58,663 bases of DNA, filler included, from Sphacelaria rigidula (GCA_964200075.2; 3 parts of 3 records of this genome joined end to end with filler, not necessarily neighbours in it); one strand, 5' to 3'; numbered from the whole stretch's first letter, positions 19,811 to 34,800 are shown. The notes: generated by a model from the sequence alone, not told the origin. Translations and numbers: made by a program.

Positions 19811-22800
19811 GCTACACAGAAAACGAAGGTGCTGTAGCTACGGCCCTACTTTTCTTGCTGTACGGCCCGGCAGTGGCGCCTTTTACTTATTGCATCAGGT
19901 GAGGGTAGTGCATCGGGTTTTGAGTGGTACCCATCGTGATGGAACGGTAAGCGGCCGCTGTATTGGCTTGAGGCGCTGTATCGGCATGGGCGTAATGCTG
20001 AGAGGCATCCATTCGGGACGTACCCGGCCTACCTCAACGCGGCAGTCACTCGATGCTTGTTCACGATTAGATTATATACAGTCTGGCTGCATGTTTGCGC
20101 AAAACGTCATGATATTCTTGACATTCCGAAAGATGTACTGTTTCACCAAGGTTCTCACCTGAGGTTATCCTTTTGACGGTGGGGAACCCTCATCGGGTGG
20201 TTCTATAGCCATTCCGCCACGCTTCGTGACCACTCGCCCGCCCCATCATTTTGCGGCAGTACCAAAGTGAATGCCATTACTGGTATATGTGGTGCATCTT
20301 CCAACGCAAAGATACTTGTGCTTATGCGCTGTTACTTGCCTGAGCTATCATGTTCCTGATTGAAGTGGTATTGCCCTAAGCAGGTTGTAGCGTTTTTAAC
20401 CCCTGGGTGGTTGAAAAGTGCTCGTAATCGCCATATAGCCCACCTCACTTGCAGTGGGACTCTCTTCATACCGTCCAAGAATGCCTCTCCCCATCCATGG
20501 CATTCCTTGCACCCTCCCCCCCCCCCCCTCCTCCTCATGCTCTGTCTCGAAAGGGATGCGTGGTCAATGGTCACACGACTAAGGCAAGCAACAAATGAGT
20601 ACGCCCTCCTCCTCCTCCCTCCCTTCCGGCCGCCCTCCGTGCGCATCGTATCGAACAGCTTCCTGTTCGATTCGGCCTCTTCTGCTCAAAACATTGTTTT
20701 GTTCGTGAATTTTGTGACTGGCTTGGCGCTTATGGTGACATCCTTTGTGCTAAACTTGGTGGAGTCTACGAGAGATGTGAACAGCAAGTTGAAGTGGCTC
20801 TACAGATTTTTCCCCGGGTGAGTACTCGCAGCTCCCTTCGTCTATCACAACGGTTGTACGAACTAGCTCGATGCGAGGCGTCCTTCACGCCTAATACCCT
20901 CACTTTTCCCGGGACATGTCTACTATCAACCATGAACTGTACACACACTGGAATTTCGGCTGAAGTGCATCCTCGCACAGTACAGTCGTCCAAACGTTTG
21001 TGGTGGCACTGTATTGGACCGGCTGTACTGTGCTTCTTGGATTGTCTGCAACTGAAATGACGTAATTGCCACGTAACCGTCAAGTTTTGTCCAACCATTT
21101 TCATCTTATGGGTAATATTGGCTCATCCTGAAGGTATTGTTAGTCACCTGTATCTGAACGTCAGTGCAGTGCAGTGCAGCACAGCACCGTGGTACAGCAC
21201 AGCACCGCATGTTTCACGCGAGCTCGCTGAACTATTTTTTTAGTTGTTACGTATGCTTATTCGGATCCCGCAAAATCGTCGGTCTCGTTGTGCATTCCTT
21301 ACTCTACGGCACTCCTCGCCTGCATGATTTGCTGTGCTTGATCGTTCAGCTATTATAGCGTGGAACATATATGTACATTTATCATTTCACATTTTCCGCC
21401 ACTTTTGCCGAGTTTTCTCAGGCGACGAGGCATTTTACCCCGTGCTTTCTTTTGCGGCGCACTGAGAAAGCTCAACGGTACGTTGCCGTTCAGGTTTGGG
21501 TGTCATCTGATCCTGTGGCGCGTGTTCTGGCTACCGAAAGTAGCTTAAACTGGCCCTTTTTCGCGGGGTGTCGATCCCGAACCACAACAGCCTTTTTCAA
21601 GATGATGGAAAACTTGAAACAAGAACCCAAACAAAATAAAATCCGTTGTAGATCATGGAAATCTTCAAACATAATTACTTTCGCCGGGGTATTTCTTTCC
21701 CCATGTTTTCTCTATGTCGCATTCTCGTTCATCTGGGAGCACGAACACACCGGTTATGCCGCCAACGTCACGAGAACATGAGAGCAAAACAGTTGGAAAC
21801 AATTGAACATTGCCTTGGCCTTCGTCACCAGCGAACACAAGGCCGTGCAATGAGCCGTTGGCTACTTGAACAAGGGCTAGTTGAACAAGGCACAACAGCA
21901 GCACGGTAGCACAGGGATATTTTGCCGCAAAAACAATCACCCTGTTTACAAAAGACCCGGTGATGTGGAAGCCACAGTGATGTACAAAGGACATGCCAAG
22001 AATGTTCCACGCATTCCAATTTTTCGGGAGTGCCTCCCGCTGTCATGTCTTTGTGGCACGAGAGCAACTTCGTACTCTGGCACCTCGGAAATACACACAT
22101 GTCCGACGCCTGCGGTTCCGCCGTCTGCCACCGTTCTAATTCACACATTTCCGTACGACATCTGATAACACATGCGATGTTTTGTTCAGCCACGACCATT
22201 ACTGTACATTGAGAATCATCAACCGCTCTTAACCCTCAGACCGCGAGGGTAGGTCACCAGCTCAATCAGATCAATTTTCAGTTGAAAAAGTATGCGTGAT
22301 CCAGATGGACTACTCGCCCCGCGGTCTAAGGGTTATAACCATATATTTTCGACTTGCGTCACCCCCGGGAGGCCCGTACCAACCTCCCGAAGGGAAACCT
22401 TGTATTTCAGTATTATATCGCCGGCCAAGTCCCTATTGGCGACGAGTTGCCAACCTATACTTTACTTACCCTTGTAGGGGGTATGGTACCGTGACGTGGT
22501 GGGTCAGCTACTGTGGCCAGCTTACATGCATCGAGTGCGTGAAAAGGACTTGTACCTTGAAGGCTACATGTTTACGCGAGTGGGTTGTAACAATTTGCAC
22601 CGCCGGTTAAATATCTGATGTTTTTTCTTCCGCGGGACCTACACGCGTTTACGAGGGCAATCGCAATATTTCTAATGAACGCCTTTCTAATTAAATTGAA
22701 TTGTTGCGTGAACAATTGTTTGTGTCGTCGTCAGGTTCTGTCTAGGAGACGGGCTTGCTCAGCTTGTGTTGTGCGACAAGGGAGAAACGTGTACAGACAT

Positions 22801-25800
22801 ATCCAGCCTTGAAATTACGGGGATGCCGGTAAGGCTTACGCCACTGTCACCCAAAATAGCCGGAGCGGACATCTTGTGCCTTGTGGCGTGCAGTGTAGGT
22901 GAGGCTGATATGTATCGCGATGCCATTCAGAGTTTCATACCCATCATTTCTACTTTCGCACCCTTTCCCCCCCAAGACGTTTGGAGGTGTAATTTCCGGA
23001 ACCGCAACTGCGTCATGAATTAGTCGCATTTCGAGAGTCTCTTGTATTGTAGTTACCAGTGCGTTTGTACATATTGTTTCGTCAGCTCTACGTCCCTCTC
23101 CTTCCCTTACCTATATTTTTTTCGTTCTCGAGAGCACGTGCATCGTCGTCGTTTAACATTGAACCCTAAATAAACATGCTGTCCGCGCCCCTGGTCACCC
23201 CGTGGTGGCATGGCTTCGCCATCTTCGCCATCTACAACGACTCGCATCAACACGCAGGATACATGGCGTTGTGCTTTGCGATTGAGTACTCGAAGGCTTT
23301 CCCCAAGCTACGAGGAGTACTCAGCCGCGACCCGCATGTGCCCATCGGAAGCGTAGCTACAACCACGCACGGAAGGTCGTCAAACACTTCGGCGGACCAC
23401 GCCACCAGTCACAGTGGCCGGTTAACAGAGCCGTTGCTTGAAAGCAGTGATGCCATGGATTCGATTGTCGAAGATGTCGACGTTGCAGCTGAGGGTGCGC
23501 GGGTTGAGAGGATATTCGGTCGTGCTGATGCCCAAGATAGCGCGGAGGTGGTTTTGAACGGCCTTAGAAAGGTCTACCGGACCAAGCAGGTGCCATGTGT
23601 ACCGTACGATAGTGCTACTGTTGCCATGCTAGTGTTTGCCACGATATTCACACGTCTGTCGTACTGGAAACGCGAACGGGCCAAGCAGACGTCGCATGTC
23701 ACATACGTCGTCGTGTCCTAAAGCCGCGCGAGTGGAGATATGGCTTGCAGTTTGAAGCGACAATTCTGAGTCTGGCAGCTGTGATGTGACTCTTATATGT
23801 ATACGTTTTCGATTCTCTCGCTGGGGGATGATGTCATGTGTGCTTTCGAATCAAATACGCGTCGAGGCCTTGGAAAATTTATGCGGTATTGGTGCCGTCC
23901 AATTGATTCCTCACGAGATGAATGAATGAAGTATGCGCTGTGTGGCGCACAACTGCAAGCGGGCAGTAATACGTGTTGGGTGTGATGAATGGTGCATGAA
24001 TGTTTCCTTGTTGTTGCTGCAGTACAACACTTGACGTCTCTCTATGTTTCTCTAGTCGAGACCTGCACTTGTTGTTCACCGAAGTGCGAAGTGAAGTGAC
24101 ATTTCTTGTATGCTTTCACCAGCGTTCATGCACTACTTCATGACATTTTGCGGGCTACGTCGTAATGAAACAGGGGCCGAAGGTAGCCGTGCACCAGCTT
24201 AGCTTCGCGGTGTCAAAAGGGGACTGCTTCGGCTTTTTGGGCATAAACGGTGCAGGCAAGTGGGCTTGTTGGTGGATATCTGACGAGATGCAACAGCTTG
24301 TCTATTCACGGTCGCAGAACGTGTTGGAGTACCACCATCCTTCCTTGCTCAAGTAAACCCCGTGGCTTTTAATCGGCGTCGGATTCACCGTACGTGCTGA
24401 TGCGTTTTGTTCTGATTGCATAGCATGTAGAGCTTGCAGAGGTCAACGGGGCCTATGCGACATTGGAACAATGTGTCTCGACATTTCGGCGATGGTTTTC
24501 ATCTGTAGGATGTGAAGGATTGTGACCGCTCCAGCACAGCATGCTTCTCGCAATTTCAACACATCGTATGCAGAACATTGCCCCACCATGCTTCACGTGG
24601 TAAATGGCTTGCGAGTATTTGTCATGTCCTTGAATCTTTTCGGGATGCTCCGACAAGCTCCGTGACCGATAGCGGCGATTATCGTGAACTTGTGACATGT
24701 GAGCAGGGAAAAGTACAACGCTGGGAATTCTGTCTGGAGATATTTCTCCCACGGCCGGAGAGGCCACCATCGCAGGACATGATATCTTGACGGAGCAGGT
24801 AGGGCTACGGGTCTCAAACTCGAGGGTTGTGTTTTTTCATTCACCTTCTTGGTTATTTTCCATTGGGTCACTCCGATTTTCCCACAAATACAAGAGACAA
24901 TCTATTCTCTAGTTCGGTGCACACGTTTGTACTGAGGTTAGAGGTTTGGTCGCTAAAATGAAGTTGAGGTCCGGGTCCAGCCTTGTCGCACCCTCAAGCG
25001 GGAACGGATACTAGAGCGAGGCCAACACCCGTAAAATTATGCTTGTACATTCATCTGTCTCGTCAGCGATCTAGCCACTGTAGCCTCGTGATGTGCTCCG
25101 CGCCAGCGCTTGCACGTCGGGTTTGCTGAGCACGTGTTGTGAACCTTGTTGTGTACACTGTTGTGTACACTGTTGTGTACATTCATCGAGGTATGGATCG
25201 CCCAGTAAGTTGTGACAACAACAAACGCTGCATCATTGAGGGATTGGTGCGGACGTGGTACCCGATTATCCATCTTCGTTCGTTTGCTGTTTCGCAGCGG
25301 TCACCAGGCAGGTATCGTTTATTGCTATACTGTGGTCGTCGTGTTGCGTTGATGTGGATTGTTTATTGCGAGGTTGTTCATGTATTTTGCGACGCTCTTC
25401 GTTTGACGCCGTTCGTTCACACTGTTTTCATTCGATGTTTGCCGGCGCGGCTTGGATGATGGATGGATAGTCTAAGCTGCGGCGATATATCGGGTACTGC
25501 CCCCAGGAAGAAGCGCTACTCGACCTACTCACGGTAACGTTATGTTGTGCTTTAGAAAGTCGTCTTGAGTACACGTTGTTATATCGCAGTTTTGAAAACG
25601 CAACATAGCTACCGTTTCCGGTTCAGTTTCATGTTCCCTATCGGGCGATGGAAAATGTGGCCACGTTAATGTTTTGGTGGAGGGGAGGACTCTTCACTCG
25701 CTTGGGCAGCACGTACCGAGCGATCTACCGTAGGCTTGTCCATGTTCCAGGGGGTGGGGCAAAAGTAGATGGTGATCCCGTCTCTAGTCTCCTATAGGCC

Positions 25801-28800
25801 ATGCTACACTGGTCAATCTACTGCGCGAGGACTTGCGTTAACCACAAGTTGGTCACTGTGCTTGGCACATGGGGCTAGTGGGTTCCGTGATGAATACGGC
25901 TTACCCTAGGCTGCTGCTGTCTCACCGATTTTTTGTCCACTGCGCGCGGTGGACGTGCCTGTTGAAATGACCTTATGCCGTTGAACGGTTTCGTGTGTGC
26001 CATGATTTTGTGTGTGCTTTTCGTACCTTCATGCCTTTCCAATCACTCCGTACCCTCTGCAGGGTTGTGTACTGTAGTATTGTAGTATTGTAGTATTGTA
26101 GTCCACTAGATGGTCGTGGTCCGATTTTTGTGAGTAGTGCATCTTCACTGAGACGCTTTTTTCGTATCCTTCACCGCTCGGGTGACCTGTTCAACGCACT
26201 TACCAGCAATGCACAGGTCATGAAACAATGGAGCCATACAAATCATTTTGCTCTCTATAAATCATTTTTCTTTTCCATTCGATTTTTTCCTCTGCGCAGG
26301 TGGAGGAGCACCTCCTGCTGTACGCTCGTATCAAGGGAGTGCGGGAAGAGCTATTGGCCAAGGTGGCGGGCGACAAGATGGACGAAATGGATCTGCGTCC
26401 CTTTCAGAAGACGAAGGTCATGATGTGTCCTAGGGAATAATCTATAGACATGTGCTGTACTATGTATCAATGCTTCAGAGGTCAATAATGCCGTCCCTCC
26501 ACTATGGTTGAAAACAAGAACTCAAGGTCTCGCGCGCGATTAGTTATTCTTGAACGAATGCCCCTATAAATCACGGTACTTGCAGATTTCAACCGGTGCC
26601 GATGGTTCTGCGCCGATAAAAATCAGACTGAAAAATGGTTCCTAGTAATGATATTTCGGCAGCTCAAGGTATCACTGAACCCACCCCCCTTGAAGGATTT
26701 ACACTCCACGTCGAGGTTTCGCATATAGGCAGTACTCTGTGGTAGCGTCTATTATTGCAAAGGCTTACGTTGTTATTATTTTCCGAGGATACGCCGTCTG
26801 TGTCGTGAAATCTGCCACAGCATACCTGTGCTCAATGCGTTCGAGTCTCACGAGGAGCTGAACCACGATCAACGCGCCCGTGTCTCACAACGGTTTTGTG
26901 CCTTGCAACGGGTGCGTTTCTCCAAACTTGTCTGTGCTTCGTAATGTGCGTCGCAAAGGCATGTGAGCTTAGCGGCGGCAATAAGCGTAAACTGTCGGTG
27001 GCCATCGCAATGATAGGAGAACCACGAGTGGTGTTCCTTGACGAGCCCAGCACAGGTGACAAACTGCACTAGCCCTAGCCCTTACAGTTCCCGTACTGCC
27101 GTACCCCTAATCCAAAACCTGTTTCTTCTTATGCTACACCGACTGTTCATCGTTCTTCATTGACAGTACCATGTTTCATAACATTGGTACCAGAGTGCCC
27201 TGAAATCAGCAAGAAAGGCAGACGACAATCAATTTCACTTGCTGGGTGAAGAAGTATCTGTGGGTGATCGCTTGCTTTTCTGGCGATAAGCAACTGGAAA
27301 CGTGATGTCGGTTGACACATGGAACGTGAATGAAAGCAGTGCTCGGACACAAAGACGGCGATGCATATCCGCATTTGTAAAGTGTGACCGGTCGCGCGGT
27401 CTGTAACATGTGCGTCGTTCTAGATACGCTCGTGTAAGGTCGTGGTAAGCGTACGGACAATATTCCAACTGCACTGTACGTGTACATTTTGTTGTCCGTT
27501 TTGACACGGCTACGCGGCTAGCTTGATTTTCGGTCCCAAGCTCATTCGGTGGGCGCACTGCTGCCATAAAAAAAACAGCAACCAAATAGTCGTAGCAATC
27601 GCTGTTAGTGCTAGCGCAGCAGGGCCTCAATCGGGGGGGGGGGGGATGGGACCTTGGTACTAAGTGACTAATATNNNNNNNNNNCGCATTGGTGCAATAA
27701 AAAAAACAGCAACCAAGGATGCGTGGAATTGGTGGTTGGTGCTAGCGCAGCAGGGCCTCAATCGGGGGGGGGGGGATGGGACCTTGGTACTAAGTGACTA
27801 ATATGATACCTGCTATTGTATGTAGAGTATTCCCCCGAATACTTGAAACCACTTGTGAGTAAGTAGCAGGCGGCGCATCGTGTACAGCGTTCGGTTGGCA
27901 CAAGCGGCTTCATCGTAGCATGTTTTTTTGCTGGTGTTGTGTCAACGGCTGTGCTGTATTAGGCGCACGTGTTGTCATGTTGTCGTTTACTGACTATATG
28001 TGCCTTTCCGCAGGCATGGATCCGATCGCGCGTCGCTTCATGTGGGACATCATCAGTCGCATGACCACAAAAGATAGGGAGTGCAGCGTCATCCTCACCA
28101 CGCACAGCATGGAGGAGGCTGAATCCCTTTGCAACAACATAGGGATAATGGTGCGTAAGGGACCGTCGTCAGCGTGAACATATGTAGGATGTGTAGGACT
28201 CGGGTGGAAGGTGCGACTATTGTTTCGCCAAGAAAATGCGGCAACCGTGTCATGATTGCGTCCACTAAACGCGGCGCGCTACCCGGGGACATAGCAGGTA
28301 CCATGAGTGGTGTTGTACTTTTTTAGAAACGTACTCCAAGTACTCTGGATAGTTTTTCGTTCCTTTTTGGTACAGCGTAGCGTTTCGGTAACATGAACGC
28401 CACACTTGGAGACAAGCTACACAACTCCCGTAGTTGATAAGGTCATGGCGGGCACTCTTGGAAAGTTACCGACTTCTGCTCTCCGATGATGAACACCGAG
28501 AAGTACATCGGGAAGTACCGCGCTCGTGGCGAAAAAAAACAAGGAAACACCTCACTGCTGGGTGTTGCGGATTATCACAAAAACAATATTTCGGAACCAT
28601 TGCGTAAAGCCGTTTATGTTTGAAAGCCTGAACTAATGGTGAGGGAAGTTCTTCCGAAAACCTCGTACAGACGACCCCTGAAACACCGTTGTGATCCCGG
28701 GGTTCTCATTCGCACCTGGCCTGTCTCCATCGTGGATTTTTGCGGATCATGCTACATGAACTCGATCGTGGGTGAGAAAAATGACGGAGCCATCACACTT

Positions 28801-31800
28801 TCCGCAGAAAACCCTACATGCTTGTATGTTTCGTAACAATGTGGAGTCCTGTATGTTTTTCTGAGGCTCTTCTTCTCTATGACTCCCTTCGTCTGTGCGT
28901 CCGATTTCAGATGCTATTTGTTGCATGACTCTCTGCACAGTCTATACCTGTTCGCCGCTGAATATATTTACCGTAATGCGTAGTTCGATTAAGTTTGTTT
29001 TTTGACCGATCGATCTCATCTTCCATCTTCCATACTCCATACCCCTCTATACCTTCATCTAGGTCAAGTTTATTTCATAACTTTCAATATTTGGCGAGAC
29101 TCAAAACGACAGTTTTAATAAGAAGCAGGGATATTCGACGAATCGCGATTGGTAAAACACCGCAAGCACCACTTTTGGTCGGACTTCTTCCCGCTCATGA
29201 ATGGAGGATGGCTGCTGCACCTGTGCCTTGAAAACGGAGGGGAAAATAATGTTTCGCCTCATACGATTCATAGGCGGAAGAGGACTTGTTCACAAACATT
29301 GCCCGTACCCTAGTGAGGCCAGAGTTCTACATATATTCTCACGTAGTTCTGTCTTGAAGTACTTGTTGCGGACTGCTGTCCTGTATTTTGCAAGGCCGGC
29401 GGCAGACTACCCCCACACCTTGCCTTGTCATCGGGCGCGGCCATCTCACCCCCACCAAAAGCACCAATGACCCCCGGGGGATCTATTCTTCCTCGCCTTG
29501 TCCACCATTCCTGAATAAATACAACATCGACCAAAGCCAGAGAGTTCTTCCAAACATTCTCAAGGTCATTACTCTATGAGTAATAACATCGGACACACAA
29601 TTAGTCGGCGTTTTCGGAGGAAGAAGGTGTCAATATTGGGTTCTCATTTTTTTAGTTTTCTCACCAAGGAGGAAGTCGGGAAAATAAACGGTTACTTGGT
29701 GTGAAAAAAGAGATGATATTGTCCAGAGCAACTCTTTCCAAAGCATCTCTGTCTAAACAGAGCGCGCGTTGTAGTATTGAGCGTGCTGTAGACGGCGAGT
29801 CATGTGCTGCACTTTGTATCATGGGGTCACGTGTGTTGTACTGCTATAATTGATATTCGGCAATATACAAGGAAGAGTACACTCTGGTGCTTTTGAAATA
29901 AAAAAGCGTAGCGCATTTTTCGGTTCTGCGGAGCCGGCGGGACGGTAACACCAGTGGTGACCGCGCAGAAAGGTGCATACCTAGCCGTATGCCCTTAGTC
30001 GATGGCTCCGCGGTACCCAGTGGTGTGTGTCTGTATCTACTCTGCTGCCCTGAATCCCTTAGGCCTTTCTTTTTCTCTCCTTTTTTTTCCTTTTTTTCTT
30101 CTTTTTTTCCCCCATTGTTTTATTGTATTTTTTCATTTGCTTTTACTTTCCTCTTGTTTTCCTCTTTCTTGCTTTAGGTCGGCCATTTCTCTCTGCTTTG
30201 CTTGTGTTGAGTTTTTATTACTTTTTATGTTGGCACGACTTAGTCTGCTATGTCGTTCTGTTCGTTCTGTTTTTTCTGTTTTTTTTTTCTTACAGCGTGT
30301 TTGAATTTCGTTTTTCTTGGGTACGTCTATCATGAAACCACAGCTGGACCCCTGGGGGGTCAGTTAACGTGCGACAATCAAATCAAATTCAAATTAAATC
30401 AACGCCATTCCGCCGTGTCCCAGTGAAGCCACTGGTTCATGCAGAATCGACCAGGGCGAAAGGTTTCGGCTTGGTCTCCCGGTGAATTTGGTTTCTTACA
30501 TGTATCTGGATTCCGTCTTTAAAAACGTGAGGGTTTGTTCACAAAAAAGGCTACTCTCACAGGCTGTATTTTTCTGCGCCGGAATCTAGCCTAGTCCCAC
30601 GTGTGAAAATGAACAAAAATATGGTCGAGCATTCTGCCCAGACACCTTCGGCGTGGGGCTGAGGCGCTGGAACGTGTGTTCGAGGTGTTGAGCCGGCGTG
30701 CAGCACCGCGCCCCAGACCGAAAAATACGTTACCCTTTGTTGTTCCAAACGCACCGGGATGTACCCTTTCTTGTACATTGCTCATTGATGTTCTACAGGC
30801 CACCACATGCCACAGCACGGTTGGTAGTCAATAATTGCACAGACCATGCGAGGATAGCCCCTACAGTCCATTGCGACGACTATCGCAGTACAACTTATTG
30901 TGGGATGTAACACCCCGCTGTACTAAGCGCGATACCTTCCTCCAGCTGACCACGTGATGAAGTTGTTTCACACAAGAAATGGAATCAAAAGAGACGAACA
31001 AAACGCTCATCACTACAACGCCTACTGTGTCGAGAGAGGTGCTGGACAATGTTGCACACGGAAGAAGAACCGTTACTCTTCCCGATGCATCTGTTGGTAC
31101 TGTATGTTGGTACTGTATGTTGGTGTGTTGGTGGGAGCACCGGGAAAAGACAGCGCGAAATCAACATTTCCCGGATAATGCCGACAAGTTGTGTGTCCAG
31201 CATGATTGGCGTCGGAAATGGACGGGCTGGAATTAATTGTCCTGAGGAAATACATCACATCGGGTTTTCTCCGTTGATGTGTTTATTCGCGAACGGCAAA
31301 TGAGCCGATGAAGAATCAGCTCTGAGGGTACCATACTTACTTCCATCCGAGTTGGAGTACGGGTAGCCGCGTGTGCTGACTAGGCAAGGTACTGGCGTGG
31401 TCCGGCATCCGTCTTGAAAAGGTTGCAAAGGTAGTCCAGAAAGGTCTTGAGAAAAGGAAGACCGCATCGGATATATCGGCGCAAATATTACCTGACTGGG
31501 GAACGACGTAGATGTGTGGAAAAACCCCTCTTGACGCGTGGGCCGTGTAAGACGAGGTGCCTGTGCCACTGCCGGCAACGAGCGAAGTCTGAGACTGTAT
31601 TGCACGTGACGGCGTTCGATATGTAACGGCACCAGGTGAACGGGAGGCTTCGATGTTTAGGATCCACCCAACACCTTAAGCACCGCTTCGGCAAAGGGTT
31701 TGAGGCAGACATGAAACTGCATAAGCCCTCGAGCGTCGCCTCGACAGGAGTGCTGCGTGTCCTACAGGAGAAACGACCTGGTCCCATAATCGGGGAAGGT

Positions 31801-34800
31801 TTGGATCGGTGAGGGGGTCAACTGTCTGTGGCGAATGGATGTCAGGTCGCTTAAGAGCAGCGAGTTTGTTGGTGCCATATTATGTGTCTTTGTCCCGTCA
31901 CCGAGCTCTGCTTGGAGAGTATTCTTGCATGCGGCTTCCGTGTGTAGGCATGTTCGTTTGCATGCCCTGATGATTTATTTCGCCGTAGGATCGCACCTAC
32001 ATTCGGAGGACGCCCTCGTGGCAATGTCGTTGCGCATTGTACCAGGCTTCTAGATGGGTGACGGTTGAAGTTGGTCGTGGAGTATTCCATATGGCCGACT
32101 GGGGAATATACCCCTTCATTGCGGTCATACTGGCATAAGTTGCGTTTCGATGGCCGTTGGCGATGTTAGACAGCTGCTTTCCTGTGTTCTCGTTTATATT
32201 CTGCGCAGCTGGAAACTTACCTTGCAGACCCCTCGGCGTACTCATGTTTGAGCGTAGTGACACGTGTTGTTTATACTTTATACCGTGTATCCGAGAGCCA
32301 CTGACGACCTTTCGGCGTATCAATATCTCTGCTCCTGTGTGATGTTGCGTTGCGATTGTTAGAGCGCGACTCATGCCTCCTCTGGATGTGTACTGCCGAG
32401 CTCTAGCGGGAGGATCCTCCGCACGGTAAGCCAATGCACTTCAATCATCAAATGTGCACGTTGTCGAGTACTTTGTCCAGCGAGTCATGTTAACATTTCG
32501 ACGTTTGCCGTTGCTTCCGAAGTTGGGGGCGCACACCGCGTTTGATGACATAATGCAGCATGTCGGTCGTGCGTGGCTGGTTTTGACGTTGACGAGACTT
32601 CTGTCGTGCTACACTGTTCAAATGACTCGTCATGAATTTGTTTCAGTGCGGTGAAGGCATATTCTTTGGTGATCGCTTGTGCAGGCAAAATATGCACTTG
32701 GTACTGGTGGTGGTTTTCATGCGCTTAGGCCTTCCGTCTCACGCTCTGGTAGCTCGCCCTGTTGCATGCTTTTTGCAGGGACGTTTCAATTGGCCATATT
32801 GCACAATCAAGATGGGCGTGGACGTGATCCTTTTAATATGGAAGTGGGTGTTCACCACGACCGGTGCTGTTCAAGATCACACGGTTGATCCAGAGAATAT
32901 TGAAATGTATTGCAGGATTGCAGTCACTGATTGCAGCAGGCATTTTTTTCCATCAGCGCGTTTAGCATTATTGTTTAATTGCCAGGGCCGATGCGATGGA
33001 GGAGGCCCTACAATATGGTAGCGGGTCATTTTTGCAAGATGTCATCGGGTCCGAGGGGGGCACCGTGCCGGCCAGGTGATGAACGTGTACGGTGGTTGCC
33101 ACTCTCATGCACCTTTCTGCTCAATCACTTCAATTAGATATGCGCACGCGATACCTTGCCACGAGCGTGTGGAGCCAGATCTCGCCCCCTAGATGAACGT
33201 CGTCTGTTCTGTGTTTTATTCAGCCGAAAATTGGTATGAATTAGTCTCAGTAGCTCAGAAGAATTCTGCGTTCAACACTCCTTAAGCAGTCCGTATAATC
33301 AGCCGCACTCAGTGCGTCATCTCGAATACAGACGTACTACAGACCCAAAAGTCTCTTCGTCAGCAGGTCCAAACAGTCTGTTAACTGAATGTGTCAAGTC
33401 CGCCCAACGTTTGACCATTCTCAGGATACCCGGGTCATAGGTCGACAGCAGAGGGACGAAACAAAAGTAGCCGATTGAAAGTTGCCACGTGTCACTACTG
33501 CCACCGCGTCACTTGTCCTTTATTTATAGTGCTCACGATTTCTCGAAGCTCCTGGTTCGTTCGACACATCGTAGCGGATGTCCTGTAATGCCTGTTGTTC
33601 ACCTTTCATTGTTCCTTGTTCCCTGATGCTGTCGGGTGTTTTACGTGCAGGTTATTCATCGATTGGTATCTCTGCGAGGACAGAGCTGCCGAGCTTGAAT
33701 TGTTCCTGAGCACCACCTTCCCGGGATCAGGTACGAGCGAACACCCCAAGCCACTGCACTAGTCAGTTCACTTCGGGATAGTCTGCTGTGAAGTTCCTTG
33801 TTTTTTTTCGAAGCACGGCGGCACCCTAGGAAATACGTGCCTCCCCCGTTCTTCGTTAGTCGCGTGCATGTTATGGGATGCGACACCTGGTCGGTGACTC
33901 GATGATGACCTTGTCGACCACATGTCATCGGGCTAGGGTGTCCACTCTATACGTTTTACACATTGTATACTACGCCACGTTCACTGCTCTTCTTTCCTCT
34001 CATTTCACACATTCACGCCGCGTTGACAAACCTCACACGATACGATGAGAGGACGAACGGTACGCTTGGAGACACACTGAAACATATATTTTTACGGCAC
34101 TAGTAGCGTGGGTGGCATTGGCGGAAGGTTGATCGTTCTGCGTTTGCCATATTTTTGTAACCGAGTTTACCAACCAACACGCATATCCAGATTCGCCGGA
34201 AAGGCTGGATTAAGCTGACATTTACGTCCGATTGAGTCATGCGCAACTCGCAGTCATTCACGAGATCTGGGCGTGTTCGAAGTTGAGGCCTGTGGAGTTC
34301 GACGTCTGCTCCAGCATGCTGAAGAGACGGACGGTTGCACACAATTTGAGACAAGATTCTTGTTTTTGAACGGTTGACATGAGTATATGACGCTATGATC
34401 CATGTGCCATTTAGGCACTGGGATGACCGACACGTGTGCATACTCCACGTCAACATAGCATTATTTTTGGCGAGGGTTTGACATGCGTCTTGTGTCTTGC
34501 CAGTTTTCATCTGATCGCAATACTGGACCGGCGCACTGTTTTAATAAAAGCTTGAAACACTGCCGCAGGCCGTACAAGTGAGGAACGAATAGGCATTCTT
34601 CGACGCCAGAACTAGCTTTGAGTGAGATTTATTTGTAGGCATATTGCGGAGTATTTTGTTCATGCTTTTCAGGGTTGGGCGAGAGGGCGATACATAGCCC
34701 AATTTCCGTGTAAAACCCAACTCGTGAATGAAAAGCTATTTGTCATTTGTATTTGTGCAACAATGTACATCCACATGTATACACATTAGGTCTACGTGCT

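Noticed and set aside
27570-27805. Direct duplication around a 10-N gap (similar cases at ~47700-47930 and ~54970-55225)
   Set aside because: The duplicates flank gaps and poly-G runs, so they are most likely overlap or sequencing artefacts.
29989-30335. Phe/Leu-rich 'membrane protein' ORFs (also 40626-40906)
   Set aside because: Translations of T-rich low-complexity tracts within retroelement-like repeats.
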